The position numbers and the translations under genes were made by a program. A stretch of DNA of 64,000 nucleotides from Lama guanicoe (taxonomy: Eukaryota): assembly GCA_013239625.1 (NCBI GenBank), contig MU055263.1, positions 5,179,886 to 5,243,885 on the forward strand, written 5' to 3'. Below, in pieces: positions 47,616-60,789 of the stretch. How positions within the stretch are numbered: position 1 is the first letter of the stretch; each line of letters opens with the position of its first letter. The notes below the pieces were generated by a model. It was not told where the DNA came from, searched no databases, and was given only the letters and a program-made list of their open reading frames with translations.

Positions 47616-49409
47616 TGCTTCCGTACAGACAGTTCAACTCGGGGGTCAGTGGAACGCAGCACAGACAGGTGACTGTCTCCCGACCCGGCTTAGCATAAAT
47701 CTGGGGGAACTGGGAGGAGGAAACGCGCCACACACCCTCGGCCCCCAGCCGCTCTCCTTCGCACAGCAGGTGACATCGCAGGCGGGACGCCTCCCGAGGG
47801 TGTGCGCAGCCTTAAGCACGGTTCCCACACAAGAAAGCGCATCGTGGTCCCAGCGAAAGCGACACTCTCTGAGGGTCGGCCATGCTCACGTTTCATTAGT
47901 AGTAAAACTGTCCTCCTGGACATTTCTTTTCTTTGACTGAGACCAAGTTTTGTGTTTGTGCTGTGGCTGAAGCCCTCATCCCAGGTCAGAGCTCTCCACT
48001 GCCTGCTGTCTCCTCCACGCTTTTGAGAGCTGTTGGGTAGGCACCGCGGGAGCGTGGGAAGGGCAAAAGGAATGGATACCCCTGTCCCTTCCTGTCCCTA
48101 CGGCCAAAGTGAAGGAGGAGAAAACGTGTCCCCGAGAGACACCACAGCGGCCAAGCCCAGCGGGGCTCCTGTGCGCAGGGCGGCTTTAAGGTCCTCGGTA
48201 GAGTGGAGCGCGCGGCTGGCAGGGAGGACGGCTGTCCTCAGCTCTGCCTCCCCTCCCTGGACGACCGCAGGCCAGGCACCCCGGGGACAGACCCCCCGTC
48301 CGGCTCTGTAAATTGAGGGGTGGAATCCAACGATGGCCTCTAAGCGTCCTCTGGCTCTGGATGCCAGGAAGCCCCGTGGTGGTGCCGGGATCGGCTCCGT
48401 CAGATGTGGGACCCAGTGCACATGGGTGGGGCTCCTTGTTCCAGAGTTATGAAGAACTTCAAGACGAAAACGACAGAGCATTAAATCGAGTGTGAGCCCC
48501 TTCTGAACTCAGGGCTCTCTGCGCTTCCTGCGGTGGGGCTGGCCCATCTCTCAGGGGACGTGGGAGAGGCTGGGGGCAGCCAGAGGCAGGACAAAGGGCA
48601 AGTCAGAAGGGCCGAGCAGGGCCCAGTGCTCTGGGAGGGCAAGACCAGGGTCGTGGAGGGGGGAGAGCTCAACCCCGAGGTAGCCCTCCCTGTGGCCTCC
48701 CCGGCTCTCAGCCATGGTCTGACTGCCCCAGATTTCAGAGCTTTCGAAGATCTTGCCTTCATTCCAAAACCCAGGCGAAGTCTGGGGTGTTGGGCTTCAC
48801 AGCGACCCGGGCGAGGAAGCCCGGCACACACCGCAGTTAAGGTGGTCAAGAAGCAGGCAGCCGACTGGCGCTCCTTCCTGCTGAAGGCACAGCCCCTCGG
48901 GGTGGGATGCTGGCAGAGGTGTCTGGGGCTTGAATGAGTGAGAACAGACTGCACGGACGGTGGCCGGAGCTGCGCTCTTCTGCCTGACGTGGTGCGTGTG
49001 GCCCCGCCTCCGCCCGCGCGGTGACCGCTCTTACTTCTGCGCACGGCCCCCGGTGTCAGCGGAGACCCCCGGCCAGCCGGGCCTCACTCAGTGCACGGCG
49101 GGCCGGGGGGCTTCCAGTAAGACCCGTGCGCCGCCACCCAAAGCTCCCGTCAGAGGGGTCGGCTCCAGAAGTTTTCTGATCCGTGGCAGGGATATTGTCG
49201 GCAGACTAGTAGGTCCACGTTGGAGTTTCCGAACATGAGGTCTTTGGTGGCAGCTAACAGTAAAGAATGATGGTGCTGAGGAAACACCTGTGCTGAACCG
49301 CTTTCCCGTAGCCCCAGAAGGCAGCTTTCTGCAGCAAATCCCTTCCATTCCTGGGCTTAAAGGAATCGGGGTGGCTTTGTGAGAGGGGACACAGGGCTGA
49401 GGGGGGGGC

Positions 49410-49570
49410 CTGAGCTTCAGCCCCAGTTCCCATTTACACACTGAGTGGCCAGAGGTGAGTCATCTGTCCAGCTGTGTGTTAGTGTTCCCTCTGAAAAATG
49501 GCGACTGAATACCGGCCTCGTGGGGATGCTGTGGCCATAAAATGAGGCAACAGATTAAAAAATGTACATT
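49410..49570 (+). mobile_element. MIR SINE
   Basis: gtgttccctctgaaaaatggcgactgaataccggcctcgtggggatgctgtg. Confidence 0.55.
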
Positions 49571-51058
49571 TAAAAGTAAAATCACTGTGCAACTACTGGG
49601 TATAACCTGGGTTTCTGAAGACCCCAACAGCTTCATGAGTCCAATAAGATAAGTCATGATGATAATAGTAAAACTCTTTAGAGCTAGCCCCCCAGGTAGA
49701 AACCACTGTGATTCCAACCCCCAAACCCCCTGTGGAGACGCTGTGTCATCTGTAGACTCTGGGAAGGAACAGTACGCAAATTAGCAAAATCACATCAAAA
49801 TTTGGAGAAGAAAAAAGCAAAGAAAAGAGGTTTAAGAGATTTACCCCAGCAATCTCTCAGTGATTTTCGTGCTCATTATCAGTAAGCTGCGTTTTTCTTG
49901 TAAAAGAACCACTTGGGCGTGCAGCGGCTTGAGATAATTAGGGGAGCGTTTACATTTTGTGGTGCCACTGACGCCCTCACACCCGAGGATCTGGCACCAG
50001 TTGCCCATGGTGCTTTCCTCCATCAGTGAATATTAAAATATTTAACCTGTGGTCAGGCAGTAACCTCTCAAGACACTGGACTTGATTCAGCGATGTTAAG
50101 TCAAAAGGGGATTTGTCAGCAGAGAAGAACCACAGCTACCCTCCAAATTCCACTTCCGAAAGTGTTTTTCCCTCCCTTTTTAACGGCTTGAAAGATCCCA
50201 TTAAAATTTCCATTAAAACAGGAATTGGAAGGGCCCAGAATAACTTAGGAAAGGATCTCTTTTAACACAGTTTCCAAATGACAACACATTAAAACGTGTG
50301 CAGACGTTGAAAATCATTGGCACACTCTGAAAAACGAGGATAAGAAGGCAGAGAGTTTGACCAGCTGATCTTCTGAAGTGCCTCTCGGCTCTAACATCCA
50401 GGTAGTGGACAGAGCTTAGGAGGTGTGAGTGCCCAGGGTCCTAGTCCTCTGAGTCGCCTGGAGCACAAAGATTCCGACTGTCCTTAGTGCCATGAAATTG
50501 TGCCTGGCTCTCACCTGGAAAGAGAAGACTCCTGCCACAGGTGGCTCCTGAAAACCATGTTTTCCAGTGGTGGAGGATGGACCCCTCTCCCCCACCTCTT
50601 CGCAAATCTAGCCAGCCATCCTGCAAACTGACATAGGACCTGGGGACAGAGCTAAACTGTAAGCATGTGCTACATTGCCACCCCTCTTATCTGGGCAAGG
50701 GCACATGAATAACTGAGCAAAATAAATTGCAGCCCGACACAGTCCACACAGCAGCAGGCAGGCAGACCCACCTGGGACTGGCTCTGTGAAGAAGGGGGTA
50801 TAAAGACAGAGTGTTTAGGAGTCTGATCTGCCTGTGGTCCTAATTTTCAAAGTCGGAAGAGATGAGTCCCCTAGGAGACTGGACCCTGCTTAGAAAGACA
50901 TCTGAACTAGGCAATAAAATAATATGAAAATACCAAAAAATAAAAATCAGGAAGAGAAATAGACATGTGCCCTCATCGCGGGACTCCTGTGGCCTCTCGC
51001 AGCACCGTGCTTCACGGACCCCAAAGAAAGCGAAAAACCCAGTCAGTGTCATCAATCC

Positions 51059-51190
51059 NNNNNNNNNNNNNNNNNNNNNNNNNNNNNNNNNNNNNNNNNN
51101 NNNNNNNNNNNNNNNNNNNNNNNNNNNNNNNNNNNNNNNNNNNNNNNNNNNNNNNNNNNNNNNNNNNNNNNNNNNNNNNNNNNNNNNNNN
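51059..51190. other. Assembly gap (132 N)
   Basis: Run of N. Confidence 1.
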
Positions 51191-53771
51191 GGAGCTTCGT
51201 GGGGTTGAGCAGAGCATATTTTATATTCTTCTCTTGGAACTGCCTCTTGTTGGTAGTAAATGGCTGTCGGCGCTGCTGTCCCGCAGCAGACAAGTCTTAG
51301 GAGCACAGATAATTCAGTTTTCATCCACTGCGAGGTCTCCCGCTGCCCATGTTCTTCCCTGACGCGGACAAGGCTGTACCTGCCCTCCTGGCCTGAGACC
51401 TGAGGAGCCCTGGTGTGGCTGGCCCCCTGCCAGAGCCACGCAGAAAAGCCGCCCACCAGTGCAGCCAGTGAGCACGAACCACCTGCTGGTCGTTTCCGCT
51501 GGAGCTTCCTCCTGAGCTCATTTCCCCCCAGGAGCAAAGATCCTGAGGGCCTGGCTCAGCAGTGGCTCCTGAAAGACAGTCCGGCTTGGTTTCACTCTGT
51601 CAGGGTTTCCATGACGATGGAGAATGTGGTAGCAAAGGTGGCGCCACGATTAAACTGCAGGGGAATGATCGCTCCCCTTCTGGTGGGGCGGCAGGTACGG
51701 CTCCTGCTCTTCTTTGAAAGCAGTTGGGCAGGTTATTAAGGACCATTAAGATGCTCATGCCATCACCTATGAAAACTCATTCTAAGGTTATTATTCAACA
51801 GTGAAGACACGTGCTACATGCTGCTGCTTGTGAGAACAGTAATGTGGAGGTTACTAAATTTTGACACACATGGCCGTGTAGAAACATGGAGCGTGCACCC
51901 CACACGATGTTAAAAGCCCGAAACTTAGAGAACAGCGTGTGTTCTACGAAGAGAACATCGATCTCTGCAGGGACAGAGATGATAAACGTGAAAGAAACGG
52001 ACGTGAGGGCCGTGGGATTAAGCGCGCTTTTCCTGCCTTCAGATTGGCCCTCAGTGTTGTTTCTGTATCTTTAACAATCATGAAGAGACTGAGAATGCCC
52101 CGTCGGTGTCGGCGTGTCTCCTGGTTCCGGGTCTGGATAACTCAACCGGCTCCAATTCTTTCGGGCGAGACGGGTGACGGAGTTTTTCTTTTTCATGGTT
52201 TTTAAACGGCCGGGCCTGGGCTCTTTAATCTCACGGTCGGCTTCTTTGCCTGGATGCGTTGCTTCAACCATTTTCATGATCCTCCACATGGTTTTAAAAA
52301 GCTGAGTCATTTCCACGGTCCCTCTCCTCCACTGTCCTGGGCTGCTTAATTAAGTGAGTTTTCCAAGAGCCTCCGTCCTGCACTTCCCAAGGCAGCATGC
52401 GCAGACGGGAGCCGGGGTCGTGGGAAGCTGCCAGCCAAGAATTAAAACCACAACACACGGCAAACCACTCAAGCAAGACGCCGTCCATCAAGCGCCATCA
52501 CTGGACAACATAGAATGTGAGCTGCGTACCTCCAGAACAGCCAATGCTGTGCGTGGCCGCGGCACCGGTGGTCGGAAGGATGAATAAACGCAATTAAGAC
52601 ACTTGGCCAAGAGGTAAACAAGGCACGCGGCTCACAAAAGGCCAGCGACTTGTGTTTATTTTAATATTGCTTTACGGCAACACCTAATAAAGAGAGCATG
52701 ATTGCAAGAAAGAAATTTTCAGTCATAATGAATGCTGCAACTTAACCTCCCAAGTTTAAATAGGCTACAACATCTTGGGGAAAATGCAAGAAAGATTATT
52801 TGATAAAGGTGACGGTTTTTCACACCTGAAAATGATGTTTTTCTTCCAGCCTATCTTGATCAACAGTCGGCAGCAACACATTGCAGATATAATCTCAGGA
52901 CCTTGTGGCATGTGCTTGTCCCTACATGCATAACTTACTCTGGACAGAGGATCACGGAGACTTTGAACACAATTTCCCACGCGACAGGAGATTAACTAGG
53001 CCGCGCTGGAAGGAGGCAGGAAGCGGCCGGGCCTCGGGAGAAGCAGACAGCGAGCCTCAGCTCTGGAGCAGACAGACAGCGGGACGCACACTTCCTGACA
53101 TGCTGCCTCCAGGAGCTCGGCTCTTGGGAGCTCTGGGGAGGGCCCACGGCGGGGTGAGCAGCAGCAGCAGGAGGGCCTTGGCTGGGGAGGCTCGGAGCGG
53201 AGGGAGTCGCCTCTCCTCGTCTGGGCCCGGCTCTCGCCTCTCCCTCCGTGGGGGGCCCCCTTCTCGGGGCGTCCTCTGCCTCCGCATAGCTTGCCAGCCA
53301 CCCCACTGGAACCTGCTCTTGAGACTGCGCTCCTGCCCCCTGCAGGGAGGCGAGGACCCAGTGCCCTACCCTTCGGTCTGTATGTGAATAGCAAGCTTGC
53401 TTCCTACGCTGCGTTTGCCAGTGAAGGAGCAGCGGACACCGACAAACTGGAGGAGGAGACTCCGGGTGCAGCAGAGCCTCCCAGCATCCCGGCTCCATTC
53501 CTCCCCGCAGCCTGCAGCGCGGCCTCGGACCTGCTGGGCCTCGTCCCCTGACTCTTAAAAACAAATCAGGAAGTACCTCAGTCACAGGACTATTGTGACG
53601 ATCAAATGAGTTCATCCTTGGGAAGCTGGAGAGCAGCGCCCGACACCACGGAAACGGTTTGTGTTAACAATGGTTACCATTACCATCATTCCATATAAAA
53701 AATTTCAGAAACAAAGAAGTCACAAGAAAACATCATCTATCAAAAACTATACACGGGGGTGGGGGGAAGGT

Positions 53772-53881
53772 GGGGGGTGGCTCAGTGGCAGAGTGTCTGC
53801 CTAGCAGCATGAGCCCCTGGGTTCAATCCCCAGGGCCTCCATGAAATAAATACATTAACCTAATACCCCCCAAAAATAAAA
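53772..53881 (+). mobile_element. Camelid-type tRNA-derived SINE (vic-1-like)
   Basis: Pol III A box tggctcagtgg, B box ggttcaatccc, followed by cctcca...aaataaatacattaacctaataccccccaaaaataaaa tail. Confidence 0.85.
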
Positions 53882-54959
53882 GCTGGACTGACATTACACA
53901 CACACACACACGAATGAAGGCACACAGGGGGCTGGTCTGCACTGCAGAGCAGCGTTGCAGCAGCCGCACGGAATTTGAAGGTTGGCACCTGGTGTCGCCA
54001 ACACGGCCACTGCGCGACCCAGGGCCTCACATCCCGACCTGAGAAGTGGGGAAACAACGTCAGCTCCGCAGAGCTGCGGCCCAAGCCAGCTGAGCAAGCG
54101 TCGATCGCGGGGCAGAGCCAGACGCGGACGCCCGACAGACGGCGGCAGGAAGGGGAGGCGAGCTCTTCAACTGGAACTTGACCCTCGGAACTGGGTTTGA
54201 GAAGGAATGAGTGTTTGCAAGTCTTAGTGTTGGAACTTGGGACCACAAATAACCCCCAAGATGTGAACCAGGGGAGAAATCAGACACCAGGGTCAGCCGG
54301 TCCCTGGGCTGGAGAGTGTGTCGGAGACGCTGGGGCCCAACGGGCCCCCGACTCCCCAGCCCCGAGTCAGGCGGGCGTGCCCTGCAGCCCTGGGCCGGCA
54401 GCGCTGCAGGCCCCTCTAAAGCGGGGAATGTGGAGAAGAGCCGGCTGAGGCTGTCTCCCCAGCTCGGCTGTTTCTTCTGCACACACTCTCCAGCTCAGTG
54501 TCCGCCCTTCCCACGGGGAGGGCTGAGGGGGTCTGCGGTGAAGGCTACAGACCTTCCTTCCTTGCCTTCCCCCCGCCCCGTGCAGGAAGGGGTGGAGAAG
54601 CCACACCCTCGGTGGCACTTGCAGATTACAGACGCTTCCCTCAGCGATCGGCCCTGACGGTGCGTCTGTTTCTAATAGCCATGCGTTCTACACGGGGAAA
54701 CAGGGAACAGCCTCGAAGCGATTGGCAGACACGCCTCAAGCGTGAATGCTGCTGCTTCCTCTGTGACGCTCTGTCCCCGAGAAGCCCGCCAGCGATTCCT
54801 CCCTCTGTGGGTGCGTCCCATGCCTCCATCTCCAGCTGAGGCTCGTTCCTCCCGCCCGCTGACTCTGAGCAAGCATGCCGCTGCTTTGACGGGGAGGACG
54901 CAGCGGCAGGGGGCTCCTAGGCTGGGGACTGGGGGCCTTACAGCCTCTGCCCCGCTGGC

Positions 54960-55430
54960 TCAGAGTGTCCGCTCTGGGAGAAACCAGCTTCTTTGTAAGA
55001 ACCTGACTGCCCGAAGCCTCCACGCCCCGTGAGGAACCCATGTTCCCATGTGGAGACAGCTGCCCGGCCAGCCCAGCTGCTGTGTCCATCCCAAATGACG
55101 TGTGGGAGGATGTAGATGTCGACTCAGCCGCCTCCTCAGATGACAGCAGCCCCAGCGCAGCCCTGTGAGCACCCCCCCTGCGGCGGGCGCAGTGCCGGGG
55201 GAGAGTGCCTGCTTAGCACGCACGCGGTCCTGGCTTCAACCCCCCGCGCCTCCACTTAACATAAGTAAATAGATAAACCTAATTACCCCCAAAAAATGAA
55301 AAAAGAAAAGAAAAGAAAACCAGCCAGCTGAGCCTTAACCAGCTCCCAGAGCCACGAGAGACAACACTTCAGCGGTGGTTTCAAGTGCCTGAGACTGAGG
55401 TGCTGCCACAGCCGCTGACAACCAGACACC
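54960..55430 (+). mobile_element. MaLR LTR (MLT1-like) interrupted by a SINE
   Basis: gtgaggaacccatgttcccatgtggaga...cagatgacagcagccccagc; resumes cagccagctgagcc...gtggtttcaagtgcctgagact...gacaaccagacac. Confidence 0.6.
55180..55320 (+). mobile_element. Second camelid-type tRNA SINE with GC-converted head
   Basis: agagtgcctgcttagcacgcacgcggtcctggcttcaacccccc...aaatagataaacctaattacccccaaaaaa plus (AAAAG)n tail; same tail signature as the 53772 copy. Confidence 0.85.
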
Positions 55431-56337
55431 GCCTCCACCAAGCTTTTCACCGAACCTGCCTTTTTTTGCTTTTAAACCTCACTCAGACGGTGCTTGAACA
55501 GCTGAGACTAGTTTTCATTCAGGGAACTTGAACACCAAACACAGGCAACGCTGGGTGTTTGCTTTGGCGTTACCTGAACAAAACAGCAGAAATCCCCCCT
55601 GCAGTCTCTGCAAAAGATTGGTTTCTAATCCTCAGTTAAAATGCTTTAGCAAAGCAACTGAGGTTGGCTCCTTCTACAAGGTGAATGTCATGTCTCTAAT
55701 GCAAATAATAGATTTGATGACAGAGACAAAGAATATTTACCATGAAACTAATTTCTATCATTTGATGCCAATTAAGATTTTAATTGCTTCCTCAGTCTCA
55801 CCAGATGTTCGCAGTTTCAGGAAGTGCAAGTGTATTTGGTTACATTTGTTTAACTTGTGTAAACTCGTGTGAGTCGTTATTTCCAGGGAAAATGGAATTT
55901 GAAACCAGAACCACTCCTGCTCTAAGTTTCTGCGATGGAGACCTTAAAATCAGATAAGTTACTTACGCTAGTCATGCAAGTAAGTCCATCCTCACAAGCT
56001 TGATGCTCAAAGGAACTTTGAAAGACAACCAAAGATACAAGTGGGTTCTAATTTACTTAGTCCTCTTCGTCTATGAAAATCCTTCTTGTAAATTTGATGA
56101 AATTTTTCTGTGAAATGCACTCTTTCAAACTATGGCTGTGATGTGGACTCACACAGAGGATTTACACAACCACACGTTCTCCTTCTGGGGTTACTTTCCT
56201 AGAAGCCGAGATGTTCGGTCTGCACGACGGTGCCTATTTCGCTGGCCTAGGGAACCGGGGCACCTGGGATTTGCAACCTTTCAAGTCCTTTACACTCATA
56301 GCCTTTTTACTTCTCTGAGCTTCTGTTTATCCTCTTG

Positions 56338-56458
56338 GGGAAGAAGGAGATGGAGGAGGAGGAAGAAGAGGAAGAGGAAGAGGAAAGGGGAAGGGGGAAG
56401 GGAAGAGGGGGAGCGGGAGGAGGGAGGGGGAGGAGGGGGACTGGGAGGAGATGATGAT
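56338..56458. repeat. Polypurine (GAG/GAA/GGGGAA) low-complexity tract
   Basis: gaagaaggagatggaggaggaggaagaagaggaagaggaagaggaaaggggaagggggaaggg. Confidence 0.9.
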
Positions 56459-59400
56459 GTGGGATTTAGGAACGAGACACACGAACTCATTCACATAAGG
56501 TGCCCAGCTTGAACTCTGACTTTTACACAAATGCCACACACATGAGAGCACATGAAGAGGAGACCTCTCCAGCCCCCGAGAGCCCAGGCTGCCGGGCTGA
56601 GCACTTGGACACCACTGGGCGCAGCGTATGTTAACGCTTATGGACAGCAAGTAAGTCGCTGTGCTGGTGTAGCTTCTACCCAAGAGAATCTCTCCAGGAT
56701 CAAATCTGTGTTCAGGGCTGATACTGGGGTCTCTTGTCCCGGGGGGCGTCTCTGCTGCTTTAAACCATTCTATCCCCAGTCCGGCCATCCCAGGTCATCT
56801 CAGCCCACTATCCAACCAAGCACAGAGGGCAGAGCAGCCCTGTCTTAGTTATGGAAGCAGATGAAGCAGCCGGGGCCGGCAGACGCCAGCCTCCCCCGAC
56901 CGCGGGCCTTATGAGCAGAATATATGTCCCCTTTTTGCCTTCTACTTTGGGTCTGTTGTTGAGCTTTGGGGTAAAAGATATTGAGCACTGATGTAGCAAC
57001 TGACATACGGACTCTGTTGAGGGGCCGTGAATCACTGCTGTGGTCCTGAAGCATCGCACCGGTTGGTGTTCGCAGCCCTGAGACACTGAGGACTGCTCTC
57101 GGGCCTCTCCCAGGAATTCAGCACCACGAGAAGGAAAGGGTGATGGGTGGGGGAGACGGGGAGGGAAGCACACAGAGGAGGAAACAGAGACAAGGCTGCG
57201 ACAGAGGTGGTCGCCAAGAGACTGATCTCCAAAGACACCGAAAGATAGGCTTTTAGTTTGACATATGTCTGAGTCATCTGTTACCAAAAATCGAACCCAA
57301 TCGCAGACTGGGAGAATTGAATTAGAATTTTAAAAATCAGCAATTCTAAATTCAAGGAATATTGACATGAGTACAGAAGCTCCTGAAGGAAGCCCACACG
57401 CCCTGGCCAGGCGGCACGTCGTCGGCAGCAGAGGAAGCCCACGCGATCCCAGCCTGCTCCGCTCAGACTCTGTATGCGTGAGACGCTTGTGACTTTTCGC
57501 CCAGTAACACACTTCACAATTTGAATGACTGATTTACACACTTTCGAAAATACCATCGTGTTTTCTGCAACTCTCCTCTCTCCTGTTTTGGAAAGTTGCG
57601 AGGGGCCGCGCCCCAGCCTCGCCCGCCTGCGTTGTGACGGCCGTTCTTTCCAAGGCGTCCTCGTCAGTTTCCCTGTGCAGTTACAGGACAGCTCGACTTC
57701 GCCTTATGCTGACTTCGAGCAAATAGAATTCAAAAGGCAAAGCAAAATACTGAGTCGTCGGAAAGGTGACATCCTGCAAAAGCTTGTAGGGGATCATTTA
57801 AATGGAAGTTATTTTGATTGTCCTGAAAAACAAAAACAAGCACACAAGACAGCAGAGGCCCACGCTGACGCGGCAGACCAGCCCTTGGCAGCTGTGGATC
57901 CAACAGTCGTGGTTTTGAACGTTCTTAAATGACCCTGAAAGCCCGTAACGTGTAGTGATTCGTCGCTTTGCTGGGACACAGACCTGAGCCGCCGGTACTG
58001 GGCTGCAACGTGTCATTTAACCCAGTGCCGTGACTTTCTTCTCTTCTCGTTTCCTTGCAGGAATTTCATGGATTTGGGAATTTGCAAAGGTCCCAGGGAC
58101 TCCTTCACAAACACCCTCGGAGCCAACGTAGTGTTTACCAGTAGTAAAGGGGCAGGGGACAGATACAAGGAAACCGTTGAGGTAGCGCACTTTCAGCGTA
58201 GAACGCCGAGACGCGAAACCCAGTGAGCACTCACTTTGTTGATTCCTTATCGTGCAGGCAGCTAACACACGGGGGAGAGTTCTCTGTATGTTAACGCCTT
58301 TTCTTTGCTTCGTGTCTGATACTGAAACATTTATGTTGTAGCTTCTACTTACAACGAGCATCCTTTGAATTAGACGAAGGGAGGAAATTTCAGAGGCCAT
58401 CAATGGTTTTTTCTAATTTTTTTCAGGATTTGAACAATATTTAGTGTAAAATCTGCCCAAGATAAGAAGCCTCTGTCACGAGGCCCGCCTGCGCCTGATT
58501 TAGCCGTCTCGTCTCACGCGCAGCACTGTTTATACATTCCCTTAATCTGCAGCCCCGCAGTGTGACAGGATTAGGAACCTGGGCCCATATGCAGATGTGA
58601 GGATGTGTGGCAAAATTGAGACACTTCAATAAATTTGCTTTTGAAGATTAGGAATGGGGACTTGATACACCCATTTGGCTTTTCTCGGTGTCTGAACACA
58701 GAACCTCAGTAATCCTTCTGAGGGAAATCTCATTAATGTGTGTTTCAGATCACATTATATTTATACATGTGTCTTGTCTGCTTAAAAATCAAATAAGGCT
58801 TATTTGTCACTAAGATGGTCTTTTTTAAGTGAGTGAATATTTCAGTAAGTGACACTGAAATAACTTTTCCTGCAGATTCAGTAATTTACATATTTTGTAG
58901 ATATTCAAATGAAAGATGGTCCAAAATACAGCCGTCGTTGCTCCAAGCTCTGGGAGCCGAGTGTCTTTTGATGCATCCTTGCAACAGACTGCCATAGTGA
59001 GAGGAACCTAAGATTTTGCTCTGTGTTTGGACATTTTGGGGGTGAGAGAGTATTTTTAATAATGTCCTCCCCCCACCTGGGTCTCTGAAGCACTGACTCC
59101 CGTAGGAGAGACGAACGATAGGAACCAGCCAATCGTCTGACCGTCAGAAACATGACTGTAGTAGTTCACACCAACAGGAGCACCCAGTTACCTTTCCTTC
59201 CATCAAAACGATGAGAACGTGTTCATACATCTACATGAAAACAGAAATTTAGGGGGCATGACGTTGTTCGGCTGTGATCCGCTCGCCCACCACCCCCTCC
59301 CCTCACTGCCTTAGGTTTGCAAACTGCTTCAGCAGCCATCAGCCAAGAAATGTGCGTGTCATCTGCAAATCACAGATCTTGACTCGAGTGATTGCACAGA

Positions 59401-60702
59401 GGGAAGTGCTGAAGGGGTTGTAGTGGCCGGGACAGGACTTAAAAGTGATGTGAAATAGGGAGCGAAGAGGGCTGCAGTTGCCTTGGAGCCCAGAATAGAC
59501 TGAGCTTCAACGCCACAAGAAAATCACCAGCTTCTCCATCATTTCTTTAAAGGTCAAAAGTTTTGTAGGTGGGCTGGGAGGGCAGTGGATTGCAGACGCG
59601 TTTAACAGCAGGATATTTTCCGCTGCCATGACCAGTTAAGGAAGATTTTCAAAAACGCATCTGCTGGTAAACAGTTTGGCCCTGCTCTGGGTCATCTGCC
59701 TTCTCTGGCCTCCTTGCTGCACGGATTCTCGCAGGGCAGAGTCCCAGACCGCACATCAGTCAAAGTTAGGCTTCCAGTGCAGCCCGTCATGCTTCTCAGA
59801 GACGCACCTCAGTGGCTTTCAGGGAGGCTTTACGGTGTGGGCCGCCTCTTCCCAAGTCCATGAGGCGCACACCCGAGACGTGCAGGCCCCGAGCATGGAC
59901 GCGCCTCTTCTGCCTCCAGCTGCTGGCTGGCAGACGGGCACCAGCACCCAGCCCTGACTGCCAGCCGCCCAGTGCGAGGCAACTGAGCTCAGTCACTGCC
60001 CCCGCGGAGTCCCCAGAGGACCCCGAGAGGGCCAGCTTCCTAGGGGGGTCACCCAGTGCTCTGCCGTGTATACGCAACTCTTGGCTACTAGGAACAAGCC
60101 AGTCGTTTGGCCAGTCCGACCTAAGCCCTCGGGCAGAGTCAGACTAAGCCGTGGGAAATCTTCCGTCTCTGCCCACATTGGCTCACTGGCCCCCAGGGCT
60201 GCACAGCAAGAGCGATGAAGGCCCAGGGGCTCCTTCCAGAAGCCCCTCCAGAGGACAGCCATGTCCCGGGTTCCTCAGAGGGAGCCCCTCTCTAAGTGGG
60301 AACGTGGGAAGATAAGGTCCCAGTGTAGCTGATACCACAGCTCTTCCCCTGGGCCAAAGCCACGCTGGAAACCGCAGGCCTGCTCTGTCCCGTTACCTCG
60401 GGTTGGACTGAGGTCCCGGTGCCAGCCGGACTTTACACCGTGTCTGACCCTCCTGCCTGAGCACCTGGTGACACTGCACGTGTGGTGAGTATGAGCGCAT
60501 GTGGGTCCCCGGTGGAAGGTGTGTGGCGGGAACTCCCGGTTCACAGTTTTCGCAAAGATACTGTTCACAGTGCTTGTGCAGCCACGCATTCAAGTTGGGA
60601 TGACAAAGTACTTAGTGTCACTTGTCTGGACCTGGGGCTCCCCAAGGATGGCCTGGGGCCTCATACATTCCAAAAGGATTTTATCAGGCCACAGAGGCTA
60701 CG

Positions 60703-60789
60703 GGCCGTAATTCCTTAAAAAAAAAAAGAGAGAAAGAGAAAAAAATTAAAAAACTGAAATAAGATAAAAATAAAAGGCCATAATTCCTT
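60703..60789 (+). mobile_element. TSD-flanked A-rich insertion (solo poly(A) or fully truncated retroelement)
   Basis: ggccgtaattcctt (60703-16) and ggccataattcctt (60776-89) bracket 59 bp of A-rich sequence. Confidence 0.7.

Noticed and set aside
53772-53840. tRNA gene
   Set aside because: Has A and B boxes but continues into a SINE body and tail and has a second dispersed copy; it is a tRNA-derived SINE
57317-57355. Hairpin ttgaattagaatt / aattctaaattcaa as a miRNA or MITE
   Set aside because: Stem about 13 bp and AT-rich; too short for a pre-miRNA, no TSD
57525-58250. Possible exons at acceptor-like sites (minus strand near 57822, plus strand near 58060) and 135-aa ORF
   Set aside because: Short unrecognised peptides, no convincing partner exons or consistent strand
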